From Minisyncoccota bacterium (lineage in GTDB: Bacteria; Patescibacteriota; Minisyncoccia; Phycocordibacterales; DATDWN01): DNA of 64,000 nucleotides. The stretch covers positions 2,369 to 66,368 of the forward strand of contig JBAZZC010000006.1 in the NCBI GenBank assembly GCA_041658985.1. The letters are read 5' to 3'. The notes beneath the pieces are model-generated. The model did not search any database. It saw nothing but the letters and a program-made list of their open reading frames with translations, and was not told where the DNA came from. The position numbers and the translations under genes are program-made. Positions 57,824-64,000 of this stretch are shown piece after piece. Position 1 is the stretch's first letter. The number at the start of each line of letters is the position of its first letter.

Positions 57824-58057
57824 ATGAAAAAAAGATTATATAAGAGTGAGGAAGATAAAGTATTCGCTGGAGTAATTGGAGGTATTGCGGAATATTTTGA
57901 TATGGACCCAACAATTCTCCGACTTCTTTATATTCTAATAGCTGTCCTAACGGGGTTGGTTCCGGCTATTATTGGCTACATCATCGCAGCCCTCATTGTC
58001 CCCCACAAACCAAGAGTTTACCACGTGGAACACACCGAACCAGAAAAAACCGCTTAA
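57824..58057 (+). CDS. PspC domain protein
   Basis: RLYKS..DK..AGV.GGIAEYF..DPTI.RL...YII.ALIVP. Confidence 0.9.
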   Translation: MKKRLYKSEEDKVFAGVIGGIAEYFDMDPTILRLLYILIAVLTGLVPAIIGYIIAALIVPHKPRVYHVEHTEPEKTA

Positions 58058-58077
58058 CAAAGCGATCTTTTGGCTTA

Positions 58078-60180
58078 TTAGATATCAATATTGGCGCGAG
58101 TGGCATTAGACTGGATAAATGACTTCCTGGCTGGAACGTCAGTTCCCATGAGGACATCAAAAACCTTGTCTGCAGAAACAGTATCGTCAACTACAACTTG
58201 TTTTAGGATTCTTCTTGCTGGGTCCATTGTTGTCTCCCACAATTCTTCCGAGTTCATTTCTCCAAGACCTTTGTAACGCTGAATATTTATTCGTCCCGAT
58301 GCCGATGTTGCTTTCTTTGATTGCTTTCCCTCTTTTTCCGATTCATCCTCCTCTAGTTCACTTTCAACCTCGGCACTGGTATTGTTTTCAATCTCGTCAA
58401 TTTCGGCAATAGGACGACCAACAATTTTTGCTTTTTCTTCATCAGAATATGCGTAAAACACTTCCTTACCTTTTTTTATTTTATAAAGTGGCGGTTGTGC
58501 AATATAAACAAACCCACCATCAATAAGCGGTCTGAAATATCTGTAAAGCAAAGTCAAAATAAGTGTGCGAATATGCGCACCATCAACATCAGCATCCGTT
58601 GCTATGATTATTTTGTGATAGCGAAGTTTAGAAACATCAAATGTGTCGCCTATTGCCGTCCCCAAAGCAATAACTAAATTCCTGATTTGCTCTGATTCAA
58701 GAAGTCTATCCAGTCTTGCTCTCTCAATATTTAAAATTTTTCCTCGGAGTGGAAGTATGGCCTGTGTTCGTCTGTCTCGCCCAGTCTTTGCCGTACCACC
58801 AGCAGAATCTCCTTCCACAATAAACAATTCTGAATCTTCTGCGCTTTTACTTTGACAATCCGCAAGTTTTCCTGGAAGGGTCATGCCTTCCAAAGCGCCC
58901 TTTCGTAAAACAGAATCTTTGGCTGCCTTTGCGGCTTTTCTGGCCTTCAGGGCAATAACTACCTTATTGATTATAGCCTTAGCATCATCGGGATTTTCTT
59001 CTAGAAAATAGGTAAAGGCTTCGGAAAAAACTGTATTAACAGAACTTTGTGCCTCCACAGAGCCTAATTTTGCCTTTGTTTGACCCTCAAATTGAACTTC
59101 ACGAAGCATAACTGAAATAACTGCAGTCAAGCCTTCCAGCACGTCTTCCCCTGTAAAATTATCCTCCGAATCTTTAATTAAATTATTTTTTCTACCATAT
59201 GTATTTAATGTTCTAGTCAGTGCTGTTTTAAAACCAGTAACATGTGTTCCGCCTTCGGAGTTATAAATATTATTCGCAAAAGGTAAAAGCCTACAAGAAA
59301 TATCATCTACATATTGAAGAGATATTTCCACTGATTCATATTCGTTGGTTTTCTTTTCTATGTAAAAAACATTTTTATGAATCGGTTTTTGGTCACTGTT
59401 GTAAAATTTTACAAGAGACAGAAGACCCCCCTCAAAATAAAACGTCATTGAAGGAATCTCTAGTCCCAGTTCAGTTATATTAAAAACTTCATCTTCTTTT
59501 ATTTTTCCCGTAAAGCCTCTGGCATCATTTACTACAATTCTCAAACCCTTAACAAGATATGCCTGTTGACGAAGATGTTCTACGATATTATTAAAATCAA
59601 ACTCAACAATTGGAAAAATTGATTTATCTGGCTCAAATATAACAATCGTTCCGTTTTGCTTAGTCGTTCCGATTTTTTTTACAGCCGCTTTCTTTTTTCC
59701 CTGAGAATATTCTTGCATGTAAATTCCTCCATCTTTATATACTGTAACTTTACAATAAATAGAAAGTGCATTTACAACAGAAGCTCCCACACCGTGAAGA
59801 CCTCCAGAGACCTTATAGCCACCATCCTCACCCCCAAACTTACCTCCGGCGTGAAGTGTGGTCATAATTGTCTCAAGTGCAGAAACTTTCGTCTGTTTAT
59901 GAATGTCCACCGGAATACCACGACCGTTGTCTGTAACACGCACACGATTTCCGGGTAAAAGAGTAACTTCAATGTGGTTGGCAAAACCTCCCATCGCCTC
60001 GTCGCGAGAGTTGTCAAATATCTCCGTTATAAGGTGATGAAGTCCATCGGGCCCTGTTGTACCTATGTACATACCTGGGCGCTTCCTGACGGGCTCTAGG
60101 CCCTCTAAAATGGTGATTGCATCTGCCCCGTAAGAGTCTGTCGTAGCTTTCGCCTTATATGTCTTTGGGTTCTTGGCCAT
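58078..60180 (-). CDS. gyrB: DNA gyrase subunit B
   Basis: GLEPVRKRPGMYIG, LHAGGKF, SGGLHGVG, VEGDSAGG, PLRGKILN, TDADVDG.HI, RYKGLGEM. Confidence 0.95.
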   Translation of the reverse strand: MAKNPKTYKAKATTDSYGADAITILEGLEPVRKRPGMYIGTTGPDGLHHLITEIFDNSRDEAMGGFANHIEVTLLPGNRVRVTDNGRGIPVDIHKQTKVSALETIMTTLHAGGKFGGEDGGYKVSGGLHGVGASVVNALSIYCKVTVYKDGGIYMQEYSQGKKKAAVKKIGTTKQNGTIVIFEPDKSIFPIVEFDFNNIVEHLRQQAYLVKGLRIVVNDARGFTGKIKEDEVFNITELGLEIPSMTFYFEGGLLSLVKFYNSDQKPIHKNVFYIEKKTNEYESVEISLQYVDDISCRLLPFANNIYNSEGGTHVTGFKTALTRTLNTYGRKNNLIKDSEDNFTGEDVLEGLTAVISVMLREVQFEGQTKAKLGSVEAQSSVNTVFSEAFTYFLEENPDDAKAIINKVVIALKARKAAKAAKDSVLRKGALEGMTLPGKLADCQSKSAEDSELFIVEGDSAGGTAKTGRDRRTQAILPLRGKILNIERARLDRLLESEQIRNLVIALGTAIGDTFDVSKLRYHKIIIATDADVDGAHIRTLILTLLYRYFRPLIDGGFVYIAQPPLYKIKKGKEVFYAYSDEEKAKIVGRPIAEIDEIENNTSAEVESELEEDESEKEGKQSKKATSASGRINIQRYKGLGEMNSEELWETTMDPARRILKQVVVDDTVSADKVFDVLMGTDVPARKSFIQSNATRANIDI

Positions 60181-60297
60181 GATTTTCTGGTATTTTTCTT
60201 TAATTATATAGTATGTATTATAGCAAAAAGTGGAGTCAGAAGCTAGTCTTTTTTGGTATTATTTTGCGTCTTTGTGTGGATATGTTAGACTTATTTT

Positions 60298-60378
60298 ATG
60301 AGCAAAAATCTACAGCAAAACACAGTTGGATTTTTCTTCTTTAGCACTCAATCCCGAGAGCCGATGTTTGTGCTGTAG
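60298..60378 (+). CDS. Phenylalanine attenuator leader peptide (pheM-like)
   Basis: MSKNLQQNTVGFFFFSTQSREPMFVL* with 4 consecutive Phe codons, upstream of PheRS. Confidence 0.82.
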   Translation: MSKNLQQNTVGFFFFSTQSREPMFVL

Positions 60379-60400
60379 AAACCCCAAAAACTTACAACCT

Positions 60401-60427
60401 AAACACCAGCTCTCGAGGCTGGTGTTT
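60401..60427 (+). terminator. Attenuator terminator hairpin of PheRS leader
   Basis: AAACACCAGC-TCTCGAG-GCTGGTGTTT; its 5' arm can instead pair with CGAGAGCCGATGTTT (60355-60369). Confidence 0.75.
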
Positions 60428-60429
60428 AC

Positions 60430-60564
60430 CCGCTACACTAACTTTACCATTGTTTTTGTATTCTAATTCAAAATGTTGTTGAATAGTGTTTTTTTCATGA
60501 GACTACTGAAAATAATAGTAGTATTCTGTTAGAAAAACAGAATGATGGTAAAGTTAGTGTGCGG
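60430..60564. repeat. Palindromic element family P1, copy E (perfect 6-bp GTTTAC direct repeats)
   Basis: GTTTAC|CCGCTACACTAACTTTACCAT...ATGGTAAAGTTAGTGTGCGG|GTTTAC. Confidence 0.88.
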
Positions 60565-60602
60565 GTTTACTTTTTAATAATTTTTAACTAAACTATAAAA
60601 AC

Positions 60603-61741
60603 ATGAAAAAAACCATCTATAAAGTGCCAACAGACGAACAAGATAAGCTCTTAAAAGAGTTGGAAGGCAGGAGTGATACAGAGGCAGTACGAATAAAACA
60701 CTACTTAGCCATGGAGGACTTGTCTCGAACAAAAGGCAACCCTTTATGTGAAATTGTAGAAAAAGTAACAAATTTACCGAATTTGAAGGATTTTGACCAC
60801 ATTAATATCCCAGAAGTTATACCAACAAGTATAATCTTTGATTTGTTCGGTTTTTCGGCTGATCATCCAGCTCGAAGTAAATCTGACACATATTATGTAG
60901 ACGAGAAAAATGTTTTGCGTACGCACGATACGGTTATGTGGTATTACTATTTCAACTTACCAGAAGTAAAAGAAAAAATAGCAAGGGGTGAGGATTTGGG
61001 AGTCTTCTGTTATGGTAAAGTCTACCGTAAGGATGAGATAGACCGAAAACACATGAATATTTTCCACCAAATGGGCGCTCTTTATCTTGTGCCAGACAGT
61101 AAAAGAACGGTACCGTTTGATGAATTAAAAAAGGTGTTGGCAGATATTGTAGAAACAGTTTTCGGAAAAGAGATAAAATATCGTTTCTCTCCTGAGACAT
61201 TCCCCTACACAGACCCATCGACTGAAGTCGAAGTTGAAATAAATAACGAATGGTTTGAGATACTAGGTAGTGGTATGCCAAAAAAGGAGGTTTTGAAAAA
61301 TTTTGGTATTGAAGGTTATAACGGTTGGGCTTTTGGATTTGGTCTGGAAAGACTAGCTATAATTGACATGGAATTACCTGATATTCGCCGCTTTGGTCAA
61401 AAGACCCAAGGGTTATAAAGCAATTAAAGCTTGGCCAAAAATTCGTAGAGGTCAGTAAATATCCACCTATCGTCCGTGATATTTCATTTGTTGTCAAAAA
61501 TGATTTCATACCAAATGATTATTTTGACCTGGTTAGAGAAACAGCCCCCAATCTTGTTGAAGAAGTTCATCTGTTGGACAAATATGAAAATGAAGAAAAA
61601 TTCGGAAAAGAGATGGTAAGTTATGCTTTTAGAATTACCTACCGCTCCACAGAAAGAACTCTTGCTTCCGAGGAAATAGATGTGATTCACAAAAAACTTG
61701 AACAGGAAACTACAAGAATATTCAACGCAAAGGTTCGTTAA
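60603..61741 (+). CDS. pheS: Monomeric (mitochondrial-type) phenylalanine--tRNA ligase, alpha-catalytic + FDX-ACB domain, with 1-nt frameshift at about 61390
   Basis: HPARSKSDTYY, LRTH, GKVYRKDEID..H..IFHQ, FPYTDPS.E, GWAFGFGLERLA. After PDIR another frame gives LWSKDPR...SKYPPIVRDISF...SYAFRITYRSTERTL...KVR* (stop at 61741). Confidence 0.88.
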
Positions 61742-61753
61742 ACAACATTAAAA

Positions 61754-63001
61754 ATGCCTGATATTTCAAATATAATTACATATATATTTTTATTTATATC
61801 TCTTTACTTTGAGGTCTTTATCCTTATTACTTACTTTGAAAACCGTCTCGAAATAAAAAGTGAGGAAAATTTTATAACCCTCGGAGTAAAAAAATATCCA
61901 ACAGTTACAATAATAGTTCCGTGTTGGAATGAAGAATTTACTGTTTCAAAAACTATACATTCTTTGCTCTCTCTGGATTATCCAAAAAGTAAGCTGAAAA
62001 TAATGGTTATAGATGATGGCTCCACAGACAAAACTTGGGAGAAAATCCAAAAGTTCAAAAATAATTCGCAGGTTGAAATATACACCAAGACCAATGGGGG
62101 TAAATACACCGCATTAAACTTTGGAATCTCAAAAATGAGTAGTGATTTGGTGGGTTGTCTCGACGCGGATTCATATGTTCATAAAGATGCACTAAAAAAT
62201 ATTGTGGTTTATTTTCAAGACAAAGAAACAATGGCCGTTGCTCCATCGGTAAGGTTGTGGCAACCAAAAGGCCCTCTTCAACTTTTGCAAAAAGTAGACT
62301 ATGCTTTTGGAATATTTAACAGAAAGATGTTTCATTATTTGCAAGCTGTCTATATTACACCAGGACCGTTCTCCATATTCAGACTTGATGTCTTCAAAAA
62401 ACTCGGAGGGTACAGACACGCTCATAATACAGAAGATATAGAGATTGCCCTCAGAATGCAGAAGAACGGTTACAAAATTGTTCACGCTCATAATGCTATG
62501 GTTTATACAGTCGCTCCAAACAGTTTAAGAAAATTACTCAAACAAAGGACCCGATGGGTTTATGGTTTTATTAAAAACGCTGGTGATTACAGACAAATGT
62601 TTTTCAAAAGAAAATACGGAAATCTCGGAGTTTTTATTTTGCCTATGGCTGCGATTTCAATTATTTCTATCTTAAGTATTGCCAGTATCTCAATCATTAG
62701 TGTATTAAATCTTTTATCGAACAAGTACTTGGAAATACAAGCTGTGGGATTAAGTTTTCATTGGCCATTTAGCAGGTTTGAGTGGTTTTATGTAAACACA
62801 GAAATCATCTCAATTGTTGCAATAATAACCACTGTCGGAACAATAACAATGATAGTAATCTCAAAAAGAATGGCTGAAGGAAAATTCAATCTTGGAATGG
62901 ACTTGATATATTTTCTAACATTGTATATGTTTATAGCGCCCTTGTGGATTGGTAAAGCAGTCTACAATGTCATATTCAGCATTAAAGCCTCCTGGAGATA
63001 A
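61754..63001 (+). CDS. Processive GT2-family glycosyltransferase (membrane)
   Basis: VPCWNEE, IDDGSTD, GKYTALN, LDAD, TEDIE, QRTRW. Confidence 0.92.
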   Translation: MPDISNIITYIFLFISLYFEVFILITYFENRLEIKSEENFITLGVKKYPTVTIIVPCWNEEFTVSKTIHSLLSLDYPKSKLKIMVIDDGSTDKTWEKIQKFKNNSQVEIYTKTNGGKYTALNFGISKMSSDLVGCLDADSYVHKDALKNIVVYFQDKETMAVAPSVRLWQPKGPLQLLQKVDYAFGIFNRKMFHYLQAVYITPGPFSIFRLDVFKKLGGYRHAHNTEDIEIALRMQKNGYKIVHAHNAMVYTVAPNSLRKLLKQRTRWVYGFIKNAGDYRQMFFKRKYGNLGVFILPMAAISIISILSIASISIISVLNLLSNKYLEIQAVGLSFHWPFSRFEWFYVNTEIISIVAIITTVGTITMIVISKRMAEGKFNLGMDLIYFLTLYMFIAPLWIGKAVYNVIFSIKASWR

Positions 63002-63003
63002 AT

Positions 63004-63136
63004 CCGCACACTAACTCTAGCATTGTCTTTTTTGTTGCAGGGGTTAGTATCAAAATAATAGATTTTATTAATATAATAGTAGATAGCATTACTAAGTTTG
63101 GAAAGACGATGCAACGATGCCAGAGTTAGTGTGCGG
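63004..63136. repeat. Palindromic element family P1, copy F
   Basis: CCGCACACTAACTCTAGCAT...ATGCCAGAGTTAGTGTGCGG; 133 bp. Confidence 0.88.
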
Positions 63137-63143
63137 ATAAAAC

Positions 63144-63848
63144 ATGGAACCAAAAAAAATAAGCTCAAAAAAATATCTGTTTTCTTTTATTATTACCGCA
63201 ATAATATTTGCGACTGCGATTTACCTTAGTAATTATTTTAGTCAGAAAAAACTAGATGAAATAAGAAACATCCAAGACAAAATATCTATTGACATCCTCT
63301 CCTCAGAAACTCAATTTTCCTTGCTCGAACAATCTCTTTGTAAAGATTTGGGTACAGGAACGTTGTCTTCTGAGCTCGGTGAGCTCGAAAACAAGCTAAC
63401 ATATACAGAAAACACCAGAGGGACAAATGACCCGGAAGTTTCAACCCTTAAAAGATATTATTCCCTTCTGGAAATCAAGGACTATCTGTTAATGAATAAG
63501 ATAAGTGAAAAATGCAAGAAAACACCACTCTCAATAATATATTTTTATTCAACAAATAATGACTGCCTGGACTGCGAAAAGGAGGGCTATGTATTAACCA
63601 AACTTAGAGAAACCTATCCAGAGCTACGAATATACTCTTTTGACTACAACCTAGACCTGTCAGCGGTTAAAACTCTCATATCTATAAATAAAATTAAAAA
63701 CGAACTCCCTGCTCTTATAATTAAAGAGAAAACTTATTATGGTTTTCAAAGTATAGAAGATTTGGAGAAAATTATACCAGAATTACAGACACTCAAAAAA
63801 GAAAAAGAGGCCACAAGCACAACGGCTACAACGACAAAGAGAGATTAG
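63144..63848 (+). CDS. Membrane-anchored protein with C-terminal thioredoxin-like CxxC domain
   Basis: N-terminal TM; IIYFYS..DCLDC..EG.VL; LPALII. Confidence 0.75.
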   Translation: MEPKKISSKKYLFSFIITAIIFATAIYLSNYFSQKKLDEIRNIQDKISIDILSSETQFSLLEQSLCKDLGTGTLSSELGELENKLTYTENTRGTNDPEVSTLKRYYSLLEIKDYLLMNKISEKCKKTPLSIIYFYSTNNDCLDCEKEGYVLTKLRETYPELRIYSFDYNLDLSAVKTLISINKIKNELPALIIKEKTYYGFQSIEDLEKIIPELQTLKKEKEATSTTATTTKRD

Positions 63849-64000
63849 GGGTTTTTAATATACTTATTCATCCTCCACTTTCTACCCTTTCCCTTGTTTA
63901 AATTTTTAAAATAAGGTGTTAGAGAATGACAATTTGGACACAGCAATCTCAAGTTTGCTTCTTTGTTGTTTTCTGAATTACCATCAATGTGATCTACCTC
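63845..64000 (-). CDS. HNH endonuclease, 3' end (partial)
   Basis: Minus frame reads EVDHIDGNSENNKEANLRLLCPNCHSLTPY...KNP*. Confidence 0.85.
   Translation of the reverse strand, partial: EVDHIDGNSENNKEANLRLLCPNCHSLTPYFKNLNKGKGRKWRMNKYIKNP

Noticed and set aside
2871-63136. P1 elements as integron attC sites
   Set aside because: AAC/GTT cores are present but do not fit RYYYAAC/GTTRRRY. The copies are not arrayed after cassettes, and no integron integrase is in the window.

Overview
AT-rich bacterial chromosome segment, most consistent with Patescibacteria/CPR (Parcubacteria-like). This is inferred from the compact rpoB/rpoC, a short SMC, the absence of biosynthetic genes and the mostly SD-less housekeeping starts. 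The backbone is housekeeping: typA, truB, hisS, uppP, a UvrD-nuclease, rpoD-dnaG-rpoC-rpoB, lexA, trmD-khpA-rpsP, rnr, smc, rnc-nusB-rpmF, rnhB, dnaE, thrS, gyrB and a monomeric PheRS. Six accessory patterns stand out. (1) About 15 visibly GC-rich orphan cassettes sit singly between core genes, most with their own promoter, strong SD and terminator; two encode outer-membrane-beta-barrel-like proteins. (2) Six copies of a 130-136 bp palindromic element have co-varying arms and 6-bp RTWWAY flanks, plus a related 113-bp inverted pair. (3) Several long, multi-branched intergenic hairpins include two homologous pairs with compensatory changes, and they fold on the strand antisense to the gene they follow. 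(4) A complete 2663-bp IS1595-family element (TIRs, 8-bp TSD) carries a tRNA with a Ser-like long-variable-arm body and an Arg (ACG) anticodon. (5) Thr8 and Phe4 leader-peptide attenuators precede thrS and PheRS. (6) In-frame palindromic insertions occur in rnr and trmD. No CRISPR array or rRNA was seen. All alignments and folds were done by eye.
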